64,000 bases of DNA from Candidatus Bathyarchaeota archaeon (GCA_963828195.1 CAWHDT010000002.1:1-64000), one strand, 5' to 3'; numbered from the stretch's first letter, positions 50,184 through 60,669 are shown. Notes: generated by a model from the sequence alone, not told the origin. A program made the numbers and translations.

Positions 50184-50503
50184 ATGCGTATGCTGGGCAA
50201 CCTATGGTTTTAAACGCTTAAGTCACAGATACAAAAACCCGTTCGCAATTGACATTTCAGATGGAAACCTTTCAACGCGAGGTCCACCCCCTTGCGTTCG
50301 AAGTGCAGTTCCCCAGAAGTTGAAATACAATCTTTCTTGGGGTTGCAAACGATGCGTTCTCAGTCGCTTATTGTTGAGTTGATTACAAGGATTAGCCGAT
50401 TAAGCGTTTGTTTGCCGAAAAAAAGATTGTTTATGTTAAAACATTACGGGAATTTCATAAACCTTTTAATATAACTTGCTAAGGTATGCGTAGAGAAAAG
50501 TAT

Positions 50504-51112
50504 ATGTCAAATAAAAATAAATTAAAAAAACTACCCCGCTCATTAATTATTAAAGGTCTCATTTGCTTAATCTGCTTAGCCTCTGTAAGCTTTGCTTTAT
50601 TAACCTACGCCAACGCGTTGACATTATCGCCGACTACACAGTTTAACGCAGGCACGTCAACTGCCTCATGGATCATTTATGTAAATGAAGTCAACCAAGC
50701 ACGATACATGCCAGGCGGATTCTCTGAGCCTACATTGAACACAGGAGATACAAGCACCTATGCCTTCAAAGTTGTAACAAATGCAAATAATGTCTGCGCA
50801 GTAAAGGTGGAACTCACATCAGCAATGGATGAAACTGAATTTCCAAATTTTGAAGTAACAATCCTCTCGTCAACAGGTCAGGGGGGCTGGAGTACTGAGC
50901 CACTTTATGCCTCCTCAACAGGCGGAACCACTAAAGCGTTTATTAACGGATTGATACAAGGTGACGCTGCCTACATTCATCAAGGTGTTTCAACTACAAA
51001 GTACTATTTGATCCAAGTAACTTACACTTATGTTCCATCGGCTGATAACAGCCAGACCCATATACCTGCAAGCTTCATGTTCACTCCATTTACGCAGGCA
51101 AGTTTCGCTTAG
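50504..51112 (+). CDS. Secreted Ser/Thr-rich beta protein, paralog of 51210..51794
   Basis: Basic N-region, hydrophobic helix, VSFA cleavage-like site; shares SEPT.N..DTSTYAF.V.T with its neighbour. Confidence 0.75.
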   Translation: MSNKNKLKKLPRSLIIKGLICLICLASVSFALLTYANALTLSPTTQFNAGTSTASWIIYVNEVNQARYMPGGFSEPTLNTGDTSTYAFKVVTNANNVCAVKVELTSAMDETEFPNFEVTILSSTGQGGWSTEPLYASSTGGTTKAFINGLIQGDAAYIHQGVSTTKYYLIQVTYTYVPSADNSQTHIPASFMFTPFTQASFA

Positions 51113-51209
51113 CTTAGCTCTAAAAATTTTTAAAAATGTAATACAACTGATAAATAGAATAAGTCTCCAAAAAAAAGAATGGGGAAAAATAGAGTTTAGA
51201 CTGGCGAAT

Positions 51210-51794
51210 TTAGGATGGCGTTTCCGGGTGTGGCGTGTACTGCATGTTTATCGAGTAGGTGCCTGGAGTACCTGTTGGGGTGTACGTGTAAGCAATCGCT
51301 ACAAGATAGTATGTGTTTGGGGTTGAAATTGGCTGCTGAATATATCCCGAGGCGCCAGACATTGTGCCGTCAATGTATGATAATGGCGTGGATCCCGTGG
51401 CTGTAGTGTAAAGCGTAGCTAAAGACCATGCTGAACCTGTCCAGGAGTAAACCGTTATTTGAAAACTGCTAAAGTCGGAGGACACTGATGCTGCTAAGTT
51501 GATTTCTACAGAACATGCTTCGTTGGAATCGGTGGTTACGTTAAAAGCATATGTGCTGGTGTCATCTGGGTTGAAGGTTGGTTCCGAGGCTGTTCCTGGT
51601 ACATATTGGGTCGCCATCTCGTTGGGATAGACTGTCCATGAAGATGAGGTTGTTCCTTGACTCAACTGCTGAACTCCTGTGATCGAAATGGTTGTCGTGT
51701 AGTAAGCTAACTCGTATGCGACTGCGACTCCTATCATGACAGCGGTTAAAATTATGGCAGCCAGAAGGTAGCGTTTTTTAAGCTTTTTATTCAC
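51210..51794 (-). CDS. Secreted Ser/Thr-rich beta protein, paralog of 50504..51112
   Basis: GTG start after GGTGA; MNKKLKKRYLLAAIILTAVMIGVAVA signal peptide. Confidence 0.75.
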   Translation of the reverse strand: MNKKLKKRYLLAAIILTAVMIGVAVAYELAYYTTTISITGVQQLSQGTTSSSWTVYPNEMATQYVPGTASEPTFNPDDTSTYAFNVTTDSNEACSVEINLAASVSSDFSSFQITVYSWTGSAWSLATLYTTATGSTPLSYIDGTMSGASGYIQQPISTPNTYYLVAIAYTYTPTGTPGTYSINMQYTPHPETPS

Positions 51795-52025
51795 CAAAAA
51801 ATCACCAAAATTACAGTGACTCAGCGTGCAACATAAACGTATGCTGGTGTAATATGACAATCACAAGCATTATTGTGGTTTCCGAGGACGGGCGGGTTCT
51901 TGTTTTGTGCCATGAATCATGAATTGCGCAAATCAGGGCTTATTACAAAAAGCGAGAATTATAAAACATATATTAACTAGTAGTTAACGAGTTATTTCTT
52001 AGTTGTATTTAATGAGGAAACAAAA

Positions 52026-53015
52026 ATGGTTTCTCTTAGAGCTTTAGCCCCGTCGTTAACAAGAATAACGGTTGCGGGAGCAGTAGGCGCCGCTTTGCAT
52101 GTTGGTCAAGGCGACTGTGATTTAATCGACGCTGACGCAGTTGAGTATTCAAGAGCAGTCCTCGCACAAATGGACATTGAAGGCGAAGTAATCTGCTGCG
52201 AAGGACCAAAAGACAATGCACCATCGTTTGCACGCAGAGAAAAAGTCGGTACAGGCGGACCCAAAGTGGAGTTCGTTATTGACCCAGTTGACGGAACTAC
52301 AGCCGCAAGCAAAGGAAGAAAAGACGCAATTTCCGCGTTGGCATGTGCACCTGCTGGATGCTTCCAAGTTTTGCCTGACGACGGCTATTACTTCAAAATT
52401 GCCACCGACTATCACTCAATGGGCAAAATATCATTAGACATGTCGGTTGAAGAGATTGTACGCAAAGTAGCTCACGAAAAATGTCTGCCTTTATCCAACT
52501 TTACAGTCATAATGTTGGAACGCGATAGACACATTGAAATTCTGAAAACCCTCCGACAACTTGGGGTAAGAATAATTCTTATTCCTGACGGCGACATTGC
52601 AGGTGCAGTCGTTGCATGTACCCCTGATTCAGGTGTTGATTTGCTTATAGGTGCCGGAGCAGGTCCAGAAGCCACCATCGCGGCTACAGCGGTAAAGATT
52701 CTTGGTGGAACAATGCTCGTCAATGTTTGGCGGCAACCCAACGATGCTGCAAGAATGGAGCGTTTAAAAGAAGTTGGAGTTGACATAAAAAAAACATATG
52801 ACCAGGAAGAATTGGCAAAGGGCAAAGAACTCGTGTTTGCCGCGTCTGGAGTTACAAAAGGGGAGCTTTTAGATGGCGTACGATTGATTCCCGAAGGCGC
52901 AGTGGTGCATTCCATCTGCATGCGGTTGCCGAGCGGAACAATAGAGAAGTCTGAGACGACGCTGCGTTTTAAGGGACATCCTGTCTACAAGCAGTTTGCC
53001 GCGAGAAAACCCTAA
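52026..53015 (+). CDS. glpX: Fructose-1,6-bisphosphatase class II
   Basis: EG.KD.AP, IDPVDGTT, DGDIAG, GPEA.IAA, A.GVT.G.LL.GV. Confidence 0.92.
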   Translation: MVSLRALAPSLTRITVAGAVGAALHVGQGDCDLIDADAVEYSRAVLAQMDIEGEVICCEGPKDNAPSFARREKVGTGGPKVEFVIDPVDGTTAASKGRKDAISALACAPAGCFQVLPDDGYYFKIATDYHSMGKISLDMSVEEIVRKVAHEKCLPLSNFTVIMLERDRHIEILKTLRQLGVRIILIPDGDIAGAVVACTPDSGVDLLIGAGAGPEATIAATAVKILGGTMLVNVWRQPNDAARMERLKEVGVDIKKTYDQEELAKGKELVFAASGVTKGELLDGVRLIPEGAVVHSICMRLPSGTIEKSETTLRFKGHPVYKQFAARKP

Positions 53016-53088
53016 GCATCAACTTGAGCAAATCTTCAAATCTTTTTTTTCAATTCTAGTCTTACATAAAGATACTCGGTTTTTAAGA

Positions 53089-55050
53089 TTGAGTGAAAAT
53101 GAAAAAACTTGCGTGGAAAAGCCGCAGAAAAAAGAAACGGAGAAACATGAAACCCAAAGGGTATTGATTTTTTTTGCAGTTTTACTAGGTCTAACTGTTC
53201 TCGTCGGAGGCTTACTTAGTTACCTCTTCGCGGGTGTTCCACTTCACTTTACTATTCCACTTATAAATGTTCCAGCAACCATGAGCAACCTATTGTATTA
53301 TGTGACTGTGCTTTTCGCTTCCATATACATTGGAATTATTGGGTTTCGCGAGCTTTTTGTTGAAAAAAGGTTTTCTGTTGAGTTCCTGATGGCTGCTGCT
53401 GCCATAGGTGCCTTGTACTTAAACGCATTGTTTGAAGCCGCAATGGTGTTGTTCCTGTATTCTATCGCGGAGTACTTTGAAGGCTACATTGAGGATAGAG
53501 CGCGCCGAACAGTTGAGAAATTATCGAAGTTCATGCCGGACAAAGCAAGAATCTTAACTGATGGGACAGAAAAAACTGTCAACGTCAACGAGGTCGAGCC
53601 CAACATGACTTTGCTTGTGAGACCTGGCGAACGGGTACCTTTAGACGGCAACGTTGTTGAGGGTTTATCGCATGTTGACCAAGCCATAGTTACCGGTGAA
53701 TCTGTTCCAGTCACCAAGAAAGTGAACGATTGCGTCTACGCTGGCACACTAAATATGAGCGGAGTCCTAAAAATCACCGTGACAAAAAAAGCCAGCGAAA
53801 CCCTTGTCTCAAAAATTATGGTGCTTGTAGAGCAATCAGGCAAACAAAAGGCATCTATGGAAAAACTTGTGGATCGATTCGCAAAAACTTATGTGCCCAT
53901 AGTTATCGTATTAGCCGTTTTAACCGCTGCTTTACCCACCTTGCTCGCCGGCATGTCCTTTCATGTTTGGCTGTACCGCTCGCTTATTCTGCTGGTAGTT
54001 TCATGTCCCAGCGCCTTCATTATTTCGGTTCCAGCAACCATTCTTGTAGCAATAACAGTTGCAGCGAGAAGAGGAGTCATAATTAAAGGCGGAATCTACG
54101 TTGAAAAATTAGCAAAGGTAAAACGGGTAGTTTTTGATAAAACGGGCACCTTAACGTTGGGCAGGCCGACAGTGCATGAAGTAAGACTGACTCAAAGAAC
54201 TGAACTAGATGCGTTGGCTTTGGCTGCATCACTTGACCAGTTTTCAAATCATCCCGTTGCCCAAACCATCGTCAGACGCGCCACAGAAACAGGCATTGAC
54301 TTAAGCAAGTTCAAAGTAATCGACGTTGTTGAAATACCTGGAAAAGGCATCGTAGGCAACGTTAATGGAAGTTTTGTAGCGGTCGGCAACTTGGAGCTGA
54401 TGAACGACTTCGGCTGCAATTGTAAAGAAGCCTTTAAAATCGATGAAAACGACGCTCACACTACCGTTTGTGTTTCTCTGGGTAAAGAAGGGTTAGGCAC
54501 AGTTTGCGTTGTGGACCAAGTCAGGGAAGATGCCCTTCAAGCAGTAAGCAATTTGAAGAAAAACGGAGTAAAAACAGCCATGTTAACAGGCGACAGAGCT
54601 GAAATTGCTAAGGAAACGGGAGAAATGTTGAAGATTGATGAAGTATACGCGGAACTGTTTCCTGAGGATAAACTGAAGTGCATAGAAGAGATGAAGGGTA
54701 AAGATGGTTTAGTAGCAATGGTCGGGGACGGCGTGAACGATGCTCCCGCATTGGCTGCTTCAGACGTGGGCATTGCCATGGGCGCTGCAGGGGTGGATGT
54801 TGCCCTGGAATCGGCTGATGTTGTATTGGTAAAGGATGAGTTGGCCCAAATTCCCTACTTGATCAAGCTCAGCGACAAAACCATGAATATAGCCAAACAG
54901 AACATCACCGCCTCACTTATCATAAAATTGATTTTAGGAGCCTTAGGAGTACTCGGCGTGACAGGATTGCTTGCAACTGTAATTGCGGGCGATGATGGAG
55001 TCACAATGCTTCTTCTGCTGAACTCTCTGCGTCTTGAAAGAATAAAGTAA
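53089..55050 (+). CDS. Heavy-metal-translocating P1B-type ATPase (Zn/Cd-like)
   Basis: TGES, SCPS, DKTGTLT, HP, GDGVNDAPALA; K in TM7 and DG in TM8. Confidence 0.93.
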   Translation: MSENEKTCVEKPQKKETEKHETQRVLIFFAVLLGLTVLVGGLLSYLFAGVPLHFTIPLINVPATMSNLLYYVTVLFASIYIGIIGFRELFVEKRFSVEFLMAAAAIGALYLNALFEAAMVLFLYSIAEYFEGYIEDRARRTVEKLSKFMPDKARILTDGTEKTVNVNEVEPNMTLLVRPGERVPLDGNVVEGLSHVDQAIVTGESVPVTKKVNDCVYAGTLNMSGVLKITVTKKASETLVSKIMVLVEQSGKQKASMEKLVDRFAKTYVPIVIVLAVLTAALPTLLAGMSFHVWLYRSLILLVVSCPSAFIISVPATILVAITVAARRGVIIKGGIYVEKLAKVKRVVFDKTGTLTLGRPTVHEVRLTQRTELDALALAASLDQFSNHPVAQTIVRRATETGIDLSKFKVIDVVEIPGKGIVGNVNGSFVAVGNLELMNDFGCNCKEAFKIDENDAHTTVCVSLGKEGLGTVCVVDQVREDALQAVSNLKKNGVKTAMLTGDRAEIAKETGEMLKIDEVYAELFPEDKLKCIEEMKGKDGLVAMVGDGVNDAPALAASDVGIAMGAAGVDVALESADVVLVKDELAQIPYLIKLSDKTMNIAKQNITASLIIKLILGALGVLGVTGLLATVIAGDDGVTMLLLLNSLRLERIK

Positions 55051-55186
55051 AATTTTGTTGAGCGGGTTTAAAGGCGACAAATTTTGGGCGAATCATTATT
55101 GCCTGTCGTCTGCTCGGCAAGTTAATCGTTGACATTGGATGCAACTTATGAAAAATTAATAAGTGAACGAACATGTCAGATAGCTC

Positions 55187-55681
55187 ATGCCCAAGACGAA
55201 TAAGTACGCTAAGAAGCAGCCTAAAAAAACTAAACCTAAAAAGCCTCAGCCTAAACCAGTAAGCATAACAACCCGCAAATCTTACTGGGCAACGCTGACC
55301 GCCTTAACGGTTGTTTTTGCTTCAGCCTATGGATACATCATTAACATGCCTTTAGAAAGTATAGTGATGATGCTTGCTACTGTTCTTTTACTCATCGGAT
55401 TTGCATGTTACATAAGATTTACTCCTTTCACCGCAACGGCTAACAAGAGAGCAACATTCATTTTTGTCGGAGCATGCGTCATCGGCTTCAGCATCTGGGC
55501 TACAATGATTCTTATTTTAAGCACACCAATGATTCGTCCCCCAGCTGCAAGCGCAATAGGCAATTTCTTCGTCACAACAAGTCTAATTATCTGCTTGATT
55601 TCTGGAGCATTCATAGGTGACTTGATAGGCAAGCATAGAGAAAGCCTAAATCATTTTATCAACAACAAGCTAAGAAAATAG
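55187..55681 (+). CDS. Four-TM membrane protein with Lys/Pro-rich N-terminus
   Basis: Four hydrophobic segments. Confidence 0.65.
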   Translation: MPKTNKYAKKQPKKTKPKKPQPKPVSITTRKSYWATLTALTVVFASAYGYIINMPLESIVMMLATVLLLIGFACYIRFTPFTATANKRATFIFVGACVIGFSIWATMILILSTPMIRPPAASAIGNFFVTTSLIICLISGAFIGDLIGKHRESLNHFINNKLRK

Positions 55682-55792
55682 CCGAGTGGATAAGACGAAG
55701 CAACCCAGTTTTCTTTTCGGTGCTTTCTCACAGAAACTTTAAGAGCACAATCAAATTAGCATCTTCAATACATAACTAAGGATAGATCTGCA

Positions 55793-56668
55793 TTGAAATT
55801 TGGAATAATGACGCGCAACATGGAAGCATGGAGCAGCACCCAAGTTCGGGAAGCCTTAACTAAACGGGGCATCCCATACGAATGCTTCACTTTCCCAAAG
55901 CTCGTTGCAAGGCTCGCATACAAACCCTACTTCAAAGTTAACGGCATAAGCATCCTAGACGATTTAGACGCCCTTATCATCCGCCCCATCGGACGCGGCT
56001 CGCTTGAGCAGCTCGTATTCAGAATGGACATGCTCTACAAGCTGGAACGCCAAGGCTTCTATATGGTGAATCCGCCCACAGCCATCGAGCACTGCGTGGA
56101 CAAATATGACATTTTAGCTCTGCTTGAAGATGTAGGGGTTCCGGTACCGCGCACGTTAGCCACGGAGAGCGTGAATGAAGCAATAAAAGCATTCAGTGAA
56201 CTTGGCGGGGACATAGTGGTTAAACCGATTTTCGGCTCCAGAGGACAAGGCGCCACACGCGTGGTCGATGTGGACATCGCTGACACAATTTTTAAAGCCA
56301 TAACTTTTCACCACGGCGTAATCTACATGCAGGAGTTCGTTCCCCACGGCTTCTCAGACATACGGGCATTCGTCATCGGCGACCGAGTAATCGCGTCGAT
56401 GCGGCGAGTAGCGAAGGGCTGGAAAACCAACTATAGCCAAGGAGCTAAACCTGCTCCAGCAACAATCAGCAAAGAATTCGAAGAAATAGCCATAAAATCC
56501 GCAAAAGCCGTCGGCTGCAAAATCGCGGGCGTAGACATCTTAGAAGGACCCGACGGACCACGCATAGTAGACGTAAACAGCCAGCCAGGATGGAAAGGAC
56601 TGCAAGTCGTCGCCAAGGTAAACATCGCCGAAGAAATAGTCAACTTCGTACTATCCGAACTCAAATAA
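55793..56668 (+). CDS. RimK-family ATP-grasp ligase (alpha-glutamate ligase, MptN/CofF-like)
   Basis: VKP.FGSRG.G, QEFV, DIRAFV.G, WKTN.SQGA, GVDI, VNSQPGW. Confidence 0.88.
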   Translation: MKFGIMTRNMEAWSSTQVREALTKRGIPYECFTFPKLVARLAYKPYFKVNGISILDDLDALIIRPIGRGSLEQLVFRMDMLYKLERQGFYMVNPPTAIEHCVDKYDILALLEDVGVPVPRTLATESVNEAIKAFSELGGDIVVKPIFGSRGQGATRVVDVDIADTIFKAITFHHGVIYMQEFVPHGFSDIRAFVIGDRVIASMRRVAKGWKTNYSQGAKPAPATISKEFEEIAIKSAKAVGCKIAGVDILEGPDGPRIVDVNSQPGWKGLQVVAKVNIAEEIVNFVLSELK

Positions 56669-56720
56669 AGTCAACTCGACAAAAATAGGCAATTTATTGT
56701 GCCTTCCTATTATCTAAAAA

Positions 56721-57317
56721 TCAAATTCTCACAATTAAATTCATGAATTTCAGCATTGCCTCAACCATTTGCTTCTCTCTACCGCTTATTCCTGTTCCTA
56801 AATCTTTTGCAAGCTTCGAACCGCAGTAAGCAGTGACCAGAAAAGTTTCAGATAAATCTACGCATTCCATGACTTTCGCAAGTTCTCCAAAATGAAAATA
56901 AAGAGTCACATCATTTAGGACAAGAATTCTAGTTTTACTTTTAATGAACCTGTCAAGCAGATGCCCCATGTTTTTCGCGTTTAATTTCGCAAAACGCATA
57001 ATTTGTTCAGCTGACGTCCCAGTTAGCCTGGGTGCGTAAACGCGTGTGGGCAAGAGATATCTGGTTTTTTTGTCTAATTCCACGTAGTCTTTTATTTTTC
57101 CGCCGACTTCACCGATTTTATCTGGAGCAAAGTCAATAACTGTAATCTCCTCGGGATTGACAGTTACCTTTAGTTCCTGCAGCAGTTTGGCGGCTAACGC
57201 AGTTTTTCCCGTGTTAACTTCACCTAAGATCGCGGTTTTTCTCCTGATTATGTTTATGCCGTTTAATTGGGGTTCTTTGCTATTTGGTTCCAAATAATTT
57301 TTCCCTGCTGATTCCAA
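56721..57317 (-). CDS. Uncharacterised small P-loop NTPase at the end of the thiamine operon
   Basis: ILGEVNTGKT Walker A; VIDFAP; VLND Walker B-like; overlaps thiW. Confidence 0.7.
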   Translation of the reverse strand: MESAGKNYLEPNSKEPQLNGINIIRRKTAILGEVNTGKTALAAKLLQELKVTVNPEEITVIDFAPDKIGEVGGKIKDYVELDKKTRYLLPTRVYAPRLTGTSAEQIMRFAKLNAKNMGHLLDRFIKSKTRILVLNDVTLYFHFGELAKVMECVDLSETFLVTAYCGSKLAKDLGTGISGREKQMVEAMLKFMNLIVRI

Positions 57318-57849
57318 TCCTGTTTAATACAACTAAAATTACAAAGCCCAATATGCATCCTGTAATGCAGCTTACCGCCCAGCCCGCGCTTAAACTTGAA
57401 AAGGCGATTAGTGGACCCTCTTTAGTTAAACCTATCATACTTGAAGTTCCAAGCATTGGAGCAAACAAATAGAGCGAAAGTGGCACGCCTATCAATAATG
57501 TGCCTATGGGTTCTGTGAGGGCGGCGGTTAAGGATTTTTTTTCGGTTAGTTTGAAGCGTTTTAGAAGCCAGTATGATACGCCGACAACTATGCCGCCGGG
57601 GATTCCTCCGGGAAACGCGTAGAGAGTTCCAGTTCCCATCATGTTTCTCGTCACACCGATCGTTATCGCAGCGCCAACTGCCCAAAATGGCCCCAAGAGT
57701 ACTGCAACAATAGCATTTATCATGTGTTGGGTGGGATTTGCCAATGTTCCAAAAACAGCAAAAGAGGTGAATTGCGAGAGGACCACTCCCAAAGCGCAGA
57801 AAACAATGAACAATGCAAGCTTTTTGACATGTACGGTTTGATTTCTCAT
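57280..57849 (-). CDS. thiW: ECF S-component ThiW (thiazole precursor uptake)
   Basis: P.QHMINAI.AVLLGP, R.MMGTGTLYAFPG, EPIGT..IG. Confidence 0.9.
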   Translation of the reverse strand: MRNQTVHVKKLALFIVFCALGVVLSQFTSFAVFGTLANPTQHMINAIVAVLLGPFWAVGAAITIGVTRNMMGTGTLYAFPGGIPGGIVVGVSYWLLKRFKLTEKKSLTAALTEPIGTLLIGVPLSLYLFAPMLGTSSMIGLTKEGPLIAFSSLSAGWAVSCITGCILGFVILVVLNRIGISREKLFGTK

Positions 57850-59219
57850 GTGTCTCTCACTTCAATGGCAAGCTGCAAAACAAGTTTCGCCAAGTCAGAA
57901 GCCTGCGGGCCAAAAAGGACAATCATGGGTTCTTTGCCCATTCCTCCACGGTGATATATGATGTCTGGAGCTTTCCCCGCTCTTTTAATTGCTTCTTTAA
58001 CGCCCCATGGAATCGTCATGCCCTCAACAGCCCGAGTCGTTTCAGACTCTTCATCTCTATCGTAAAAAGAAACGGCGAGGTTCCTTTGCTCCAAAATTCT
58101 GAGTAGATCTTCGGAAAATTTTATGTTAACAGCAGCCATTTTGGTTTCGTCATACTTCATGAGTTCAAGTATGTATCTTGCAAGATGTGAGGAGCAACCG
58201 TATTTTACTGCGCCGACTGCTCTTGCGCCCTCTGACGTTTTTGTTATTCGTCCATCAATCGATGCGACATCTTGTTTGTTTTGCGCATAAGGGGTAGCCA
58301 TGGCAATGTTCATGCCGACCTCAGGCACTAGAAATGAAACTTCAGGGGCGTTTTCAATCAGAGCTTTTGCTTTTTCAACGTTTATTAAAACGTCGTATCG
58401 TGAAGCATCATGGTAAAGCTGAGCCATCGGGTTCACTGGACCCCAACCTTCCCCGATGTTTAAGCCAAATCTGATTCCAAAAGCCACTAAACCTTTTGCT
58501 TTTTCCACAGCAACTAGTATATCTGACCCTTTAGCAAGTTCAGCTGCCACGGCCGCCGAAAAAACGCAGCCCGTCCCATGCGTTGTCTTCACATCTAACC
58601 TCTCTGAGGTGAAAGTTTTGAACTTGCCTTCATAGTACAATAAGTCTACGGCGTCTTTTCCTTCCAAGTGCCCTCCTTTAACGACGACGGCTTTGGGGCC
58701 CATTCCAGAAATTTTCTCAGCGGCGATCTTGGCATCCTCCAAGCTTTTTATGGTTATTCCAGACAGTTTCTCAGCTTCAAATCTGTTAGGAGTAACGACT
58801 GTGGTTTTTGGCAAAAGGTAGTTTTTCAAGGCGTCTACGGCTTGGGGTTCTAACAGGGGTAAGCCTGATTTAGAAACCATAACTGGGTCAACAACTAATG
58901 GAAACTCGAAATTTGAAACTTCCGAAGCAACTGTTTTGATAATTTCCTCAGTGTGGAGCATCCCGGTTTTTGCGGCATCTATGCCCAAGTCCCCAGCCAC
59001 CGCTCTGATTTGCTCTCGAATAATGCGTGGAGATAAGTCTTCAACTGAAATTACTGATTGGGTGTTTTGGGCGGTGATTGAAGTAATGGCTGATGCACCA
59101 TGCACGCCCAGCGCTGCAAAGGTTTTCAAGTCGGCTTGAATTCCCGCGCCGCCCCCAGAATCGCTTCCGGCAATGGTGAGGGCAACTGGGATTTTGCTTT
59201 TGGTTTTTTCCTTTATCAA
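57846..59219 (-). CDS. thiD: Bifunctional HMP/HMP-P kinase and thiamine-phosphate synthase ThiDN
   Basis: TIAGSDSGGGAGIQADLKT, DPVM, THGTGC; C-terminal ThiN domain PEVGMN...SSHLAR...GKEPMI; TTG start overlaps the thiC stop. Confidence 0.93.
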   Translation of the reverse strand: MIKEKTKSKIPVALTIAGSDSGGGAGIQADLKTFAALGVHGASAITSITAQNTQSVISVEDLSPRIIREQIRAVAGDLGIDAAKTGMLHTEEIIKTVASEVSNFEFPLVVDPVMVSKSGLPLLEPQAVDALKNYLLPKTTVVTPNRFEAEKLSGITIKSLEDAKIAAEKISGMGPKAVVVKGGHLEGKDAVDLLYYEGKFKTFTSERLDVKTTHGTGCVFSAAVAAELAKGSDILVAVEKAKGLVAFGIRFGLNIGEGWGPVNPMAQLYHDASRYDVLINVEKAKALIENAPEVSFLVPEVGMNIAMATPYAQNKQDVASIDGRITKTSEGARAVGAVKYGCSSHLARYILELMKYDETKMAAVNIKFSEDLLRILEQRNLAVSFYDRDEESETTRAVEGMTIPWGVKEAIKRAGKAPDIIYHRGGMGKEPMIVLFGPQASDLAKLVLQLAIEVRDT

Positions 59220-60514
59220 TGAGGAGGCTCCTGGGCTTTCATTGCTTCTTTCAAAACTTTTATGGCGCAAAACTCTGAGCACATTGAACAAGTATCAGCG
59301 TTCTTTAGCGGTACGCGGTTGTGGATTGCTTTGGCTTTTTCCGGGTCTAAAGAGCATTCAAACTGCTTTTCCCAATCGAGGTTTGCCCTGGCTTTGGCCA
59401 TGGCTACATCACGAGCCGACGCCTTAGCGCCTAATTTTACGATGTCAACAGCGTGAGCCGCTATCTTAGAGGCTATGACTCCTTCTCTAACGTCTTCTAA
59501 GTTTGGCAGCGCTAAATGTTCAGAAGGTGTAAGATAACACAGGAAATCCGCGCCGGCAAGCCCAGCTATTGCCCCTCCGATGGCACCCACGATGTGGTCA
59601 TATCCAGGCGCGATATCAGTCACGAGGGGACCAAGCACATAGAACGGTGCGCCTTTGCAAACTGATTTTTCAAGCGTAACATTTGCAGCTACATCGCTCA
59701 GCGGCAGGTGACCTGGTCCTTCAACAATGGTTTGCACATTGTAAGCTCTTGCCCTCTCGACGAGTTCGCCAAGCGTAACGAGCTCTTGAATTTGAGGCCA
59801 ATCTGTAGAATCGGAGATACATCCTGGTCTAAAACCATCTCCTAAGCTTAGGGCGAAATCGTATTTGGCAGCCAATTCGAGCAGATAATCAAAATTTGCG
59901 TATAAGGGATTTTCCTTATCATGGTGAAGAATCCATGCGGTTAGAAAGGTTCCGCCTCGGCTTACTATCCCCATTTGGCGCGGGTGTTTAACGAGTTGCT
60001 TGACGGTTTGCTTTGTTACTCCGCAGTGCACCGTCATGAAGTCCACGCCGTCTTTCGCTTGCCTCTCGATGTTGCCAAAAATGTCGTCTTCAGTCATATG
60101 CAGAATAGAGCCTTTCTTGTTCGCGGTTTCTACTGCCGTTTGATATATGGGAACCGTTCCGATGGGAACGTTGACGGTTTTTATGATGGTCTTTCGCATT
60201 TGATCTGGGTTGCCGCCTATGCTCAAATCCATGATGGTGTCTGTGCCGTATTTGACGGCGATTTTTGCTTTTTCAACCTCCGTTTCGGCAACGCACATGT
60301 CTGGGCTGGTGCCGATGTTTGTGTTTATTTTCGTGCTTAACCCAGCGCCGATACCTATCGGGTGAACATTAGCGTGATGGACATTGCAAGTTATGACAAC
60401 AGTTCCCTGCGCAACCCGATCCCGGATGACTTCAGGTGCTTCCCCTTCATCTTTAGCAACAATTCGCATCTCTTGAGTTATTTGCCCCTTTTTTGCCGCT
60501 TCCATCTGAGTCAT
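59216..60514 (-). CDS. thiC: Phosphomethylpyrimidine synthase
   Basis: MTQMEAAKKG, GTVPIYQ, SLGDG.RPG, EGPGH, CSMCSEFC. Confidence 0.96.
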   Translation of the reverse strand: MTQMEAAKKGQITQEMRIVAKDEGEAPEVIRDRVAQGTVVITCNVHHANVHPIGIGAGLSTKINTNIGTSPDMCVAETEVEKAKIAVKYGTDTIMDLSIGGNPDQMRKTIIKTVNVPIGTVPIYQTAVETANKKGSILHMTEDDIFGNIERQAKDGVDFMTVHCGVTKQTVKQLVKHPRQMGIVSRGGTFLTAWILHHDKENPLYANFDYLLELAAKYDFALSLGDGFRPGCISDSTDWPQIQELVTLGELVERARAYNVQTIVEGPGHLPLSDVAANVTLEKSVCKGAPFYVLGPLVTDIAPGYDHIVGAIGGAIAGLAGADFLCYLTPSEHLALPNLEDVREGVIASKIAAHAVDIVKLGAKASARDVAMAKARANLDWEKQFECSLDPEKAKAIHNRVPLKNADTCSMCSEFCAIKVLKEAMKAQEPPH

Positions 60515-60669
60515 AGTTTGATTTTTCTCCTATTTGTTAAAACGAATATTTTGAATTCTAACGCTTTCTCTAAGCAAATATATAGCTGCTGGTGATCCAA
60601 AATTAAAATTTGAATAATAAGAGCTAAGTTTAGTTGAAAATATTTTGCTGGATGCCTTAGCTTGGTTCA

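Noticed and set aside
50250-50345. TTCAGATGGAAAC mini-ORB-like motif and a nearby hairpin
   Set aside because: Single degenerate copy with no supporting origin features
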